This document shows, one piece after another, positions 53,190-63,302 of a DNA stretch of 64,000 bases. The notes under the pieces were generated by a model. It made no database searches and was not told the DNA's origin. It worked only from the letters and a program-made list of their open reading frames with translations. Every line of letters begins with the position of its first letter. The first letter of the stretch is position 1. The position numbers were made by a program, and so were the translations under genes. Source of the DNA: an uncultured delta proteobacterium (lineage in GTDB: Bacteria > Myxococcota > Myxococcia > SLRQ01); contig CAVSGM010000003.1 of the NCBI GenBank assembly GCA_963727485.1, positions 32,001 to 96,000 on the forward strand, written 5' to 3'.

Positions 53190-56100
53190 TCAGTGGCAGA
53201 CCGTGTCGTAGTCCACGTCGATGGTGGCGCCCTGGGGCGGCACCGAGCTGGCGTCGAAGATGATGGAGTTCGACGGGGCGTCGTAGCTCCAGGCCGGCTG
53301 GCTGACCTGCTGGCCGTTGACGTGGACCACGATGCTCGAGGGCACCGCCTCCCGGGTGAGGAAGAACTGGCTCTTGGCCCCGAAGGCGTTGAGGCCCAGG
53401 TCGTCGGCGATCTTGCCCCAGTCGGTGGAGCAGATGGACCGGGCGATGCCGTTGGTCCGGTTGGTCACCTCGACGTAGCGGGGGCCGGGGACCGCCTGGC
53501 CGCCGGTGGAGGTCGAGGTGCAGCTCGCCGCCTTCTTGGTGGACTCGTCGTAGCCGACGATCGACGAGAAGCTCATCAGGTCGGCGTTGTGGAAGCCCTT
53601 GATGTTCTTGAGGAAGTCCACGTAGAAGTCCACGGTGGCGCTGGACTGGTCGTCCTCGTCGCTCACGGCGATGACCACCAGCTTGGCGTCCTGGCGCAGG
53701 AAGCCGGCGTTGGCGGCGGGGTCGCTCAAGAGCGGGTCGGTGAGGGCGGCGTGGACCGCGGCGAGGCCCTTCTCGGTGCCCAATCCGTTGGTCCCCAGCA
53801 GCGCGTCGTCGGAGAACGCCTGCACCGGGTTGGGGGTGGAGGGGGTGATGATCTTCGGCGCCCCGTTCCGCGACTGGAACCGCCCCGACTCGTTGGGGTT
53901 GTCCATGTCGGTGGTGACCACCGCCAGGTGGAAGTCGGTGTTCAGCTGGGTGGCGCGCTGGAAGAAGGTCTGCGACTGGTCGGAGACGTTCTGCTGCTTG
54001 TCGCCCATGGAGCAGGAGTCGTCGATCATCCACAGCACGTCGACCATCGGCTGCGAGAGCTGGGTGAAGTGGTCGGTCTGGTGGCTGTCGGTGGTGCCCT
54101 GCCCGGAGAGGGGCACGGTCATGATCGCCGCGTTCTGGGCGTCGGACTCGATGACCAGCAGGGCGTTGTGGGTCTTGGCGTCGGGGGGCCGGTACTTCAC
54201 CTTCATCTGCACCGAGCCGCCGCCGGGCAGCGCCGCCGGCAGGGGGGGCATGCTGGTGATGGTGAACGGCCCGCTCGCCGGCTGACCGGCGCCCGGGGGG
54301 TCGGTGTAGATCTTGGTGATGTTCAGGGAGGCGCCGCCGGTGTTGTAGATGGTCACCGTGCGCTCCAGGGAGGCGCAGCCCACGGTGATCACCCCGAACT
54401 TCACCTCGGAGGGGATGACCTCGATGGCCGAGCGGACGCCCTGGCCCTGGAGGAAGACCTGGTAGCAGCCGGGCTGGGGGTTGGTGTTGGAGAACCCGCC
54501 GCACTCCGAGCCGTCGGAGTTGGTGTCGTTGGTCTGGATCATCAGGCTGCCGCAGTCCTGGGCCTCGGACGCGGGCTGGTACTGGACGTTGATCTGACCG
54601 ACCTGCCCGGGGTTGATGGTGTTGGTCTTGGTGCCGTTGACCACCACGGTGTTGGCCCCGTCGGGGAGGGTGTAGTTGGGGTCCGGCGGCGACAGGGGGA
54701 TCGCCGCGACCAGCTTCGCCGAGCTCACGGTGCAGGGGATGGAGCCGGTGTTCTCCAGGGAGGCGGTGATGACCTTGGTCTTGCTCACCCGCACGGTGCC
54801 GAACTCGGCGACCCGGGGGGTGAAGCTGGTGATGAAGCAGTTCCCGAAGCTGAAGTTGCCCGTGCGCGGGGTGACGTTGAGGGTGCACGAGGGCGCCGAG
54901 GCGGGCGTGCCCTGGAGGGTCACGTCCAGGGGCCCGGCCGCGTCGGGGGAGGCGAGCTCCAGGGTGCCGGTGTCCGGCGGGGTGGTGTCCTGGGGGTCGT
55001 ACTTCAGCTGGAGGGTGATGATGTCACCGGGGTGGAGGACGAAGGGCGAGGGGTTGCCGAGGATGGAGAAGGTCACCCCGGTGCCGGCGGTGACGGTGGC
55101 GGTGACCCCGGTGCAGTCGAGCTTGCCGGGGTTGGAGACCGCCAGGGTCTTGGTGACCGGGTAGCCCGGGGCGCCGGTGCCGAAGTCGAGGGTCTGGGTG
55201 GCGACCTGGAGCTGGCAGCTCGGGGGCACCACGCCCTGACCGGTGAGGTTCACCCAGCCAGAGGGGACCACCGGGTCGGTGGACTCGAGGTAGAGCCGCC
55301 CGTTGAAGGTGGTCGCCGAGTCGGGCTTGAAGTCGACGGGGACCTGGGTGCTCTGGCCGGCGGCGAGCTGGATGGGCGCCGCGGGGGCGCTCGAGCCCAT
55401 GGTGTACTGGGTGCTGGCGCCCTGGCCGGTGGCGTCCTGGACCTGGAGCTTGGTGACCGAGAGGGCCATGGTCCCGCAGTTGGTGAGCTTGATGTTCTTG
55501 GTCGAGGTCTGGCCCACGGTGACCTGGCCGTAGTCCTCGGTGGGCACCGGGTCGGGGCAGAGCTTGGGGCCGTCGCCCTTGCCGTCGAGGTCGATGTCGA
55601 GGACCGGCTGGTCCGGGTCGCTGGAGGTCATCTCCACCAGGGCCTGGTGGTCGCCGCCGGCCTTGGGCGAGAAGTGGATCTTGGTCTGTATCCCCTGGCC
55701 CGGGGCGAGGTCGCCGGTGGCCTTGAGGTCCGCCGGATCCAGCACGTAGTCCTTGTAGCGGTTGCCGCTCTTGAAGCTCCAGGTGAGGTTCTTGAGGGGG
55801 AGCTGGCCCACGTTGTCGATGGACACCGCGCAGGTGGTGGTGGCGCCGATCCCGGTGAGGGGGAAGGGCAGGGTCAGGTGCTGGCCGGTCTGGTTGCAGG
55901 TCTTCTGCGAGACGCAGTCCCCGGCGAGGAGGCAGACCTTGATCTTGGGGGCGGCCCCGCTGGCGGTGATGGGGACGTCGACCTCGGCGTGCTGCTTGTC
56001 GTTGCTCTTGATGACCAGCTTGCCGGTGTCGTTGCCGATGTTCAGGGGCCGGTAGACCACCATCACCGTGGCGCACTGGCCCGGGAGGAGGTTCGAGGGG

Positions 56101-56450
56101 TCCTTGACGGTGCGGGCGGCGCCGGTGGCGCAGTCCACCGGGCTCAACACCTGGCGCAGGGCCAGCTCGGTCTTCTGGTCCTCGGTGCCCTCGACAATCT
56201 TGGGGTCGGGGCTGACGGTGAGGGTGTCGTTCCCGGTGTTCTTGATGGTCACCAGCTGGGTCGCCTCGGCCTTGACCGCCGTGGGATCGAAGGCGATCGC
56301 CTTGGGGGTGACCTCGATGACCGGAGCCACCTGGTTGATGCCCCCGCCCTGGCAGTCGCAGCCCCCCGCCGCCGAGGCGACGAAGAGTCCGGTGAGGACG
56401 ACCACGAGTAGGGCGTTGGTGTGCCGGCGCTGGGCCGTGTTTGCCGTCAT
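53190..56450 (-). CDS. Ig-like repeat + vWA lipoprotein, paralog D (1086 aa, intact)
   Basis: AAGGCDCQGG; MIDDSCSM; SDEDDQS; ends DYDTVCH. Confidence 0.88.
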   Translation of the reverse strand: MTANTAQRRHTNALLVVVLTGLFVASAAGGCDCQGGGINQVAPVIEVTPKAIAFDPTAVKAEATQLVTIKNTGNDTLTVSPDPKIVEGTEDQKTELALRQVLSPVDCATGAARTVKDPSNLLPGQCATVMVVYRPLNIGNDTGKLVIKSNDKQHAEVDVPITASGAAPKIKVCLLAGDCVSQKTCNQTGQHLTLPFPLTGIGATTTCAVSIDNVGQLPLKNLTWSFKSGNRYKDYVLDPADLKATGDLAPGQGIQTKIHFSPKAGGDHQALVEMTSSDPDQPVLDIDLDGKGDGPKLCPDPVPTEDYGQVTVGQTSTKNIKLTNCGTMALSVTKLQVQDATGQGASTQYTMGSSAPAAPIQLAAGQSTQVPVDFKPDSATTFNGRLYLESTDPVVPSGWVNLTGQGVVPPSCQLQVATQTLDFGTGAPGYPVTKTLAVSNPGKLDCTGVTATVTAGTGVTFSILGNPSPFVLHPGDIITLQLKYDPQDTTPPDTGTLELASPDAAGPLDVTLQGTPASAPSCTLNVTPRTGNFSFGNCFITSFTPRVAEFGTVRVSKTKVITASLENTGSIPCTVSSAKLVAAIPLSPPDPNYTLPDGANTVVVNGTKTNTINPGQVGQINVQYQPASEAQDCGSLMIQTNDTNSDGSECGGFSNTNPQPGCYQVFLQGQGVRSAIEVIPSEVKFGVITVGCASLERTVTIYNTGGASLNITKIYTDPPGAGQPASGPFTITSMPPLPAALPGGGSVQMKVKYRPPDAKTHNALLVIESDAQNAAIMTVPLSGQGTTDSHQTDHFTQLSQPMVDVLWMIDDSCSMGDKQQNVSDQSQTFFQRATQLNTDFHLAVVTTDMDNPNESGRFQSRNGAPKIITPSTPNPVQAFSDDALLGTNGLGTEKGLAAVHAALTDPLLSDPAANAGFLRQDAKLVVIAVSDEDDQSSATVDFYVDFLKNIKGFHNADLMSFSSIVGYDESTKKAASCTSTSTGGQAVPGPRYVEVTNRTNGIARSICSTDWGKIADDLGLNAFGAKSQFFLTREAVPSSIVVHVNGQQVSQPAWSYDAPSNSIIFDASSVPPQGATIDVDYDTVCH

Positions 56451-56778
56451 GGGCCTGCTTCTCCCGCTGGGATGGAACTGTTGGGAATCGTTGCGGTCCC
56501 ACCCCGGACCCCGGACGCCGGTGGGGGGACGGGCCGTCGCGAAGGCACGCAACGACCGGAGTTTGACCGTCTAGCATGGCGAATCGGAAAGCGAAACCGC
56601 GCCGCCCTCCCCCGACCATGGGGTAAGGGGGGGTGACGTGGATCACGACAGCCGGGCCTCGGGGGCCGCAGAGGCCTGATTCTCCAACGGTTTCTTGATC
56701 GATCCCCGCGCGCGCTGGTACCTTCGACCCGACGGGCGCCCGGAGGTCTCCACCGGGGGCCCGGCGCCCGGAGGCGGC

Positions 56779-57897
56779 GTGCGTCGAGCATTTCCAGCGT
56801 GGTGGCCGTACCTGTCCGTCCTGATCCTCGGGGTCGGCGCCTGCGCCCATGCCCCGGCGGCGGTCGGCGCCGCCGGCCGGCCGGGCGCCCCCCGCGTCGC
56901 GTCCCGGGCCTCCGGGGGCCCCGCTGCCGGCGTCGCGCTCGCCGCGGCCGGCCCCGCCGCGTCGGGCCCGCTGCCGCGCCGTGGCTCGGGTGGGGCCGCC
57001 GCGTCCCTCCCGGCGCCGCCGGTGCGGGTCACGCCCCTGTCCGCCGACGAGGTCAGCGCCCTGCTCCGCCGCGCCCACGCGCCCCCGCCCCGCGCGGGCC
57101 ACGGCGACGAGGGCGAGCGCCCGGCGCGGCTCACCGTCGACGCCGACCTCGCCCGCCTCACCCGGGTCCTCGGCTCCCTCAGGGCGGCGCGGGGCCGGGG
57201 CCGCCACCGGGCGCCCCAGGTGGTGGTCTCCGAGTGGTCCCGGATGCTGGGCCAGCTCGACGCCTACCTCGACCAGCCCCCCTCCGAGACCCCTTCGCCG
57301 GAGCTGGTGCGCACCCGGATCGTGGTCGAGACCGAGCTCGGCCACGACGCCCGGGCCTGGCGCCTCCCCTCGGCCCTGGTGGCGCGGATCCGCTCCCGCC
57401 TCGCCTACCTCGACCACCGCCTGCGCGTGGGCTACGGCCCGGCGATCCCGGCGGTGGCCCCGAGGCACATCGAGTGGCCCATCGACCCGGTGGTGGTCAA
57501 CAGCCCCTTCGGGCTGCGGACGGACCCCATCGACGGCAAGATCCGCTTCCACGACGGCCTCGATCTCGACGGGCGCCTGGGCCAGGCGGTCACCGCCGCC
57601 GCCGACGGGGTGGTGGTCTGGGCCGGGTGGCGCGGGGGCTACGGCCGCCACATCGAGCTCGCCCACGGCGGCGGCTGGGTGACCACCTACAGCCACCTCT
57701 CGCGGATCCTGGTCCACCGGGGAGACCGGGTGCAGCTCGGCGACCTCATCGGCCTGGTGGGCTCCACCGGGCGCTCCACCGGGCCGCACCTCCACTTCGA
57801 GGTGCTCCACCACGGCCACGTCCTCGATCCCACCTCGGTCCTCGGGGATCCGATCTACGCCGACCAGAACCCGGGCACCGGCCTCGGCGGCGAGTAG
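56779..57897 (+). CDS. M23 family peptidoglycan endopeptidase lipoprotein
   Basis: GVGAC lipobox; FGLRTDP, HDGLDL, YSHL, TGRSTGPHLHFEV; GGAGG before the GTG. Confidence 0.88.
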   Translation: MRRAFPAWWPYLSVLILGVGACAHAPAAVGAAGRPGAPRVASRASGGPAAGVALAAAGPAASGPLPRRGSGGAAASLPAPPVRVTPLSADEVSALLRRAHAPPPRAGHGDEGERPARLTVDADLARLTRVLGSLRAARGRGRHRAPQVVVSEWSRMLGQLDAYLDQPPSETPSPELVRTRIVVETELGHDARAWRLPSALVARIRSRLAYLDHRLRVGYGPAIPAVAPRHIEWPIDPVVVNSPFGLRTDPIDGKIRFHDGLDLDGRLGQAVTAAADGVVVWAGWRGGYGRHIELAHGGGWVTTYSHLSRILVHRGDRVQLGDLIGLVGSTGRSTGPHLHFEVLHHGHVLDPTSVLGDPIYADQNPGTGLGGE

Positions 57898-57963
57898 GGC
57901 CGCCGGCGAGCAGGACCGCCGGCGCCCTTCCCCTCGGCGCGACCCGATCTACACTGGAGCCCC

Positions 57964-58383
57964 GTGCCCCTCGATCTCGCAGCGCTCCTCGACGAGGCGT
58001 TCCTGGTCGCCGACGCCACCCGGGCCAACAGCGCCCTGGCCGAGGCCCGGGCCCAGTTCGCCACCGATCCCTCGGCGAAGTCCTTCAGCTACGAGGTGAT
58101 GGTCCCCGAGGACGCGGACCAGGCCTGGTTCGAGGGCCGGCTCCTCGCCCGCCTCGTCTACCACTGCGAGTCCACCCGCTCGCCCCTGCCGGCGTGCCAG
58201 GGGGTCTTCGTCTCCCTCTTCATCGGCGACCGGCTCCACTGCGTCGCCGCCGACAAGCTGGTGGCGTTCGCCTGCGAGCGGATGGGCACCACCCCCGAGG
58301 GCCTGGTCGAGCGCTTCGGCACCGGCGAGGTCCGCCACCCCCTCCGCGAGCCCCACGGCCTCCTGCCCCCCGGGCGCGAGTGA
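57964..58383 (+). CDS. Conserved hypothetical protein, STAUR_1299-like
   Basis: SYEV..RLVYHCES..GVFVSLF.GD.LH pattern recalled from a myxobacterial family; TACACT 8 nt upstream. Confidence 0.55.
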   Translation: MPLDLAALLDEAFLVADATRANSALAEARAQFATDPSAKSFSYEVMVPEDADQAWFEGRLLARLVYHCESTRSPLPACQGVFVSLFIGDRLHCVAADKLVAFACERMGTTPEGLVERFGTGEVRHPLREPHGLLPPGRE

Positions 58384-59621
58384 GGGACCGGACGCCGGCA
58401 AGCGCCGCCGGCGTCGCCGTCCTCGCCCGCGCCGTCCTCGCCCGCGCGGCGCTCGCCCTCGCCGCCGCCCTCGCCGCCGGGTGCACCACACCCCGGGCCC
58501 GGGCGCGCCTCGCCGACCGGGCGCTCCCCGCCGGGCGGTCCGCCGGGCCCGTCGCCGTCGACCGGGACCTGCATCTCCACGGCGCCGGGATCGGCCGCAC
58601 CACGCTGGGCGCCGCCCCCGGCGCCGGGCCGGTGCTGGTGGTGCCCCCGGGCCGCCGGGTGGTCCTCGAGGACCTCTCGCTCGCCGGCCGGGGCCACGGC
58701 CCCACCGTGCTGGTCCGGGGCCGCCTCACGGTGCGCCGGGTGGCGGTGTCCGGGGGCGGGGCGGCCATCCGCGTCGACGGCGGCACCCTCGACGCCGACC
58801 ACCTCGAGGTGGGCCAGGCCCGAAGCGCGGTGGAGGTGGTCCGCCGGGGTCGCGCCCGCCTCGCCCACCTCACCGCCACCGGCCTCGCCGAGGCGGCCCT
58901 CCTCGCCGGCGAGGGCACCCACCTCACCCTGCGCCAGGGGGCGGTCACCGTCGCCGACTACGGCCTCCTGGTCCGCCCCGGGGCCACCGTCGACGTCCGG
59001 GGCCTCGAAGTGACCCGCCCCCGCTTCGCCGGCGTCGGGATCACCGGCGGCAGCGGCCGCCTCGCCGGCGTCACCGTGGTGGGCCCCTGCCGCTACGGGG
59101 GCGTCCTCGCCAGCGACCTCCACCGGCCCCTGGCCCTCGCCGGGATCACCGTCCGGGGGGTGACCGGCGTGGGCGTGCAGGTGGTGCGCGGGACGGTCAC
59201 CCTCGAGGGCCTCCACGTCGACGGCGTGGGCGCCGACGCCCACGGAGGCCTCGGCGATGGCCTCCTCCTCGAGGCCACCGACGCCCGGGTCCGGGCCTTC
59301 GACCTCCGGCACACCGCCGGCCCGGGGGTCGCGGTCCTCGGGGGCCGGGTGCACCTCGCGGGCGGGCAGGTCGCCGCCGGGGGCGGCCCCGGGATCGTCG
59401 CCTGGCGCCGCTCGCAGGTCACCGTGAAGGGCGTGACGGTCGGGGCCGAACGCGGCCCGGCGGTGCGCGCCGCCGAGGGGAGCCGGGTGACGGTCGAGGG
59501 CGGCCGCCTCCACGGGGGCACCGGCGCCAAGGCGACCACCTGCGCCGGCGGCGGCCAGGTCCGCCTCGGCCCCGGGGTCACGGGATCCGGCGCCGGCGGC
59601 GCCCCGGCCCCCTGCGGCTGA
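58380..59621 (+). CDS. Right-handed parallel beta-helix lipoprotein
   Basis: GTG overlaps the upstream TGA; LAAGC lipobox; Gly/Val-rich GVxV..xxLxGxxV repeats. Confidence 0.7.
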   Translation: MRDRTPASAAGVAVLARAVLARAALALAAALAAGCTTPRARARLADRALPAGRSAGPVAVDRDLHLHGAGIGRTTLGAAPGAGPVLVVPPGRRVVLEDLSLAGRGHGPTVLVRGRLTVRRVAVSGGGAAIRVDGGTLDADHLEVGQARSAVEVVRRGRARLAHLTATGLAEAALLAGEGTHLTLRQGAVTVADYGLLVRPGATVDVRGLEVTRPRFAGVGITGGSGRLAGVTVVGPCRYGGVLASDLHRPLALAGITVRGVTGVGVQVVRGTVTLEGLHVDGVGADAHGGLGDGLLLEATDARVRAFDLRHTAGPGVAVLGGRVHLAGGQVAAGGGPGIVAWRRSQVTVKGVTVGAERGPAVRAAEGSRVTVEGGRLHGGTGAKATTCAGGGQVRLGPGVTGSGAGGAPAPCG

Positions 59622-59680
59622 TCCCGGCGCCTGGATCCCCTCCGCGCCGAGGGCACCCTCGGCACCCCTCGGAACGCGTC

Positions 59681-59738
59681 ACGTTGGGATACGTTGGGAG
59701 ACGTTGGGGCGGATTGCCCCAATGGGATACGTTGTGAT
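59681..59738. repeat. Intergenic 10-bp direct repeats (ACGTTGGGAT-like) x4 with an embedded hairpin
   Basis: ACGTTGGGAT, ACGTTGGGAG, ACGTTGGGGC in tandem plus ACGTTGTGAT at 59729; TTGGGGC-N5-GCCCCAA. Confidence 0.8.
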
Positions 59739-59787
59739 GCGCTCGACGGGTCGCCCCCCCCCCCGGCCGCCCGGGCCCGCCCGGCGG

Positions 59788-61741
59788 CTAGAGGTCGATT
59801 CTGGGTGCCGACCTCGACCACGCGGTTCGGGGGGATGTTGAAGAACCGGGTGGCGCTCTGGGCGTTGCGGGACATGAACACGAAGAGGCGCTCCCGCCAG
59901 ATGGCCATCCCCGGGCGCTTGGTGGCGATGAGGGTCTCGCGGGAGAGGAAGAACGTGGTGTTCTGCAGGGTGGCCTTGAAGTCGTGGGTCTTCGCCAGGT
60001 TCTCGAGGACCTCGGGGATCGAGGGCTCGTCCATGAAGCCGTTGTGGACCACCACCCGGTACATCTCGGCGCCGAGGGTCTCGAACTGCACCCGGCGCTT
60101 CGAGGGCACGTGGGGGATCTCCTCGGTGACCACGGTGAGGAGGATCACCTGCTCGTGCATGACCTTGTTGTGCTTGAGGTTGTGGAGGAGCGCGCCGGGG
60201 ACGCCCTGGGGGTTGCCGGTCATGAACACGGCGACGCCGGAGACGCGCTGGGGCGGGTTCTCGACGATGCCCTGGAGGAAGCCGTCCACCGAGGCGGTGG
60301 TGGCCCGGAGGCGGTTGGAGAGGATCTCCCGGCCGCGCTTCCAGGTGGCCATGACCGTGTAGACCATCGCCGCCACCAGGAGGGGGAACCAGCCACCGGC
60401 GGGGATCTTGATGATGTTCGCCCCGAAGAAGGCCAGGTCGAAGATGAGGAAGAAGAGGCAGAGGCTCCCCGAGAGCCACCGGCTCCAGCCCCAGATCCGC
60501 CGGCTCACCACGTAGAAGAGCACGGTGGTGATGACCATGGTCGTGGTCACCGCCACCCCGTAGGCCGCGGCGAGGTTCGTCGACCGCTTGAACCCGAGCA
60601 CCAGGGCGATGGTGGTGAGCATCAGGGTCCAGTTGATCAGCGGGATGTAGATCTGGCCCCGCTCCTTGGCCGAGGTGTGGTCGATCTGCACGCGGGGGAA
60701 GTAGCCGAGCTGCACCCCCTGCATGGTCAGGGAGAAGGCGCCGGTGATCACCGCCTGGCTGGCGATGACCGTGGCCATGGTCGCCAGCGCCACCAGCGGG
60801 TAGAGCGACCAGTGGGGGGCGAGGCGGAAGAAGGGGTTGTGGGCCGCCTCGGGGTTGTGCAGCAGCAGCGCCCCCTGGCCCAGGTAGTTGAGCAGCAGGG
60901 ACGGGAGCACCACCGCGAACCAGGCCAGCCGGATGGGCTTGGCGCCGAAGTGGCCCATGTCGGCGTAGAGGGCCTCGCCGCCGGTGACCACCAGGAACAC
61001 CGCCCCGAGGACGAGGATCCCGCCGATGCCGTGGGCCATGAAGTACTCGACGGCGTAGTGGGGGCTCAGGGCGAAGAGGACGTGGGGCTCGCGGACGATG
61101 CCGCCGACCCCGAGGACCGCCAGGGTGAGGAACCAGACGGCGGTGATGGGCCCGAAGATGGCCCCGACCCGGGCGGTGCCGTGGCGCTGCACCAGGAAGA
61201 GGCCGACGAGGATCCCGATGGTGATGGGGATGACCCAGGTCACCAGGGCCGGGGTGGCGACCTCGAGGCCCTCCACCGCCGAGAGCACCGAGATGGCCGG
61301 GGTGATGACCCCGTCGCCGTAGAGGAGGGCGGCGCCGAAGAGGCCGAGGGCCACGATGGTCCAGGTGGCCTTCCCGGCGCCCTCGGGCCTCGCGAGGGCC
61401 ATGAGGGCGAGGATGCCGCCCTCGCCCTCGTTGTCCGCCCGCATGATGAACACCAGGTACTTGAAGGAGATCACCAGCACCAGCGACCAGAAGATGAGCG
61501 AGAGCACCCCCATGATGTTGGCCGGGGTGACCGCCATGGCGTAGTCCCCGAAGAAGCACTCGCGCAGCGCGTAGAGGGGGCTGGTGCCGATGTCGCCGTA
61601 GACCACCCCCAGGGCGGTCAGCGCCATCAGGTAGAGGTACTTGCCGTGGACGTCGTGCTTGTGATCGGCGGCGGCCCCGGGTTTCGGGGGCGGGGGCTGC
61701 GCCTCGTCCTTGCCGGACGGGGCCTCGGGGGTGTCTGCCAC
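59788..61741 (-). CDS. kup: KUP/HAK/KT potassium uptake transporter (extra base at ~59799; corrected end VEVGTQIDL*)
   Basis: GVVYGDIGTSPLYA, ADNEGEGG, GGEALYADMGHF, GQIYIP, HNLKHNKV, RERLF. Confidence 0.95.
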
Positions 61742-61869
61742 GCCGTCTCCTTGGGCTGGGTCGTGGGAAGCGCGCCTCTATAGCGCACCTGCCGCAAAGC
61801 AGGCCACGATCTCGCGATCGTGTCCACCCGCCCTGGCGCGATCGTCCGGTGCGGATCGCGCCGGCGCGC

Positions 61870-62823
61870 TCAGCCGCCGGCGAGGGCGTCGTCGATGTGG
61901 CGCATCACCTCGGGGGTGAGCTGGTCCACGAGCGCCGCGGCGGCGAGGTTCTCCTTGACCTGCTCGGGGCGGCTGGCGCCGGTGATCACCGTGCTCACGT
62001 GGGGATTGGCCGCGCACCAGGCCAGGGCCAGCTGGGCCAGGGTGCCCCCGAGCTCGCTGGCGATGGGCGCCAGGCGCCGCACCTTCCCCAGGTTCTCCTC
62101 GGTGAGCAGGGCGTCCCGGAGCCACCCGAGGTTGTCGAGGCCCAGGCGGCTGCCCTTGGGGACGCCGTCGTTGTACTTGCCGGTGAGCACCCCGCTGGCC
62201 AGCGGGCTCCAGATGGTGGTCCCCAGGCCCCGCTTCTCGAAGAGCGGCACCAGCTCCTCCTCCACCCGCTCGCGCACCAGCATGCTGTACTGGGGCTGCT
62301 CCATGGTCGGGGGCGTGAGGCCCAGGCCCTCGCAGACCGCGTAGGCCTCCTCGAGCTGCTCGGCGCTCCACTCGCTGGTGCCCCAGTAGAGGACCTTGCC
62401 CTGGCGGATCAGGGTGTCCATGGCCCGCGCCGTCTCCTCCACCGGGGTCTCGGGATCGGGCCGGTGGCAGAAGTAGAGGTCGAGGTAGTCGGTGCGCAGG
62501 CGCTTCAGGGCCGCGTGGCAGGCCTCGGTGACGTGCTTGCGCGAGAGCCCGGTCTGGTTGGGCCCGTCGCCGCCCCAGAACACCTTGGAGCTGATGACCA
62601 GCTCGTCCCGGGGGAGCTCGGCGAGGATGCGCCCCACCACCTCCTCGGCCTTGCCGCCGCCGTAGGCCTCGGCGTTGTCGAAGTAGTTCACCCCCAGGTC
62701 GTAGGCGGTGAGCAGGCACTTGCGGGCGGGCGTGTCGTCGACCTGGGAGCCGTAGGTCACCCAGGAGCCGATGGAGAACTGCGAGAGCTTCAGGCCACTG
62801 TGGCCGAGGCGGTTGTACTTCAT
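61870..62823 (-). CDS. Aldo/keto reductase, Kv-beta subunit-like subfamily
   Basis: [54 protein letters not shown]. Confidence 0.9.
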   Translation of the reverse strand: MKYNRLGHSGLKLSQFSIGSWVTYGSQVDDTPARKCLLTAYDLGVNYFDNAEAYGGGKAEEVVGRILAELPRDELVISSKVFWGGDGPNQTGLSRKHVTEACHAALKRLRTDYLDLYFCHRPDPETPVEETARAMDTLIRQGKVLYWGTSEWSAEQLEEAYAVCEGLGLTPPTMEQPQYSMLVRERVEEELVPLFEKRGLGTTIWSPLASGVLTGKYNDGVPKGSRLGLDNLGWLRDALLTEENLGKVRRLAPIASELGGTLAQLALAWCAANPHVSTVITGASRPEQVKENLAAAALVDQLTPEVMRHIDDALAGG

Positions 62824-63302
62824 GGGAGCTTCCCTTCTTTCCGGGTCCAGGTGCCGCTTCGGCCCCCGGACTTGGCGAGGAGGCGGACCGAGAAGGCCAT
62901 CCCCCGGTCCACCGCCTTGAGCATGTCGTAGACGGTCAGCGCCGCGACGCTGGCGGCGGTCAGCGCCTCCATCTCCACCCCCGTGGGCCCGGTGCACCGG
63001 CAGGTGGCCGTGATCCGCACCCCCTCGGGCACCGGCTCCAGGTCCACCTGGGCGTGGGTCAGCGGCAGGGGGTGGCACAGGGGGATGAGGGCGCTGGTCT
63101 GCTTGGCGGCCTGGATCCCGGCGATCCGGGCGGTGGCGAGGACGTCCCCCTTGGGGGCCCCCTCGGCCAGAAGCGCCCGGGTCGCCGCGGCCATCTGCAC
63201 CAGGGACTCGGCCACCGCCTCCCGGGCGGTGGCCGGCTTGTCCGAGACGTCGACCATGTGCGCCTGGCCCCGCTCGTCGAGGTGGGTCAGGCGCCCGGCC
63301 AT
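62820..63302 (-). CDS. moaC: Cyclic pyranopterin monophosphate synthase
   Basis: [40 protein letters not shown]. Confidence 0.96.
   Translation of the reverse strand: MAGRLTHLDERGQAHMVDVSDKPATAREAVAESLVQMAAATRALLAEGAPKGDVLATARIAGIQAAKQTSALIPLCHPLPLTHAQVDLEPVPEGVRITATCRCTGPTGVEMEALTAASVAALTVYDMLKAVDRGMAFSVRLLAKSGGRSGTWTRKEGKLP

Noticed and set aside
43206..56450. Tat export or a diversity-generating retroelement for the adhesins
   Set aside because: The RR pairs lack the S/T-R-R-x-F-L consensus; there is no reverse transcriptase or adenine-specific template/variable repeat pair
59093..59787. Apparent ~230-aa C-terminal extension of Kup
   Set aside because: Removing one base at ~59799 gives the normal Kup end; the extension is antisense to the beta-helix gene
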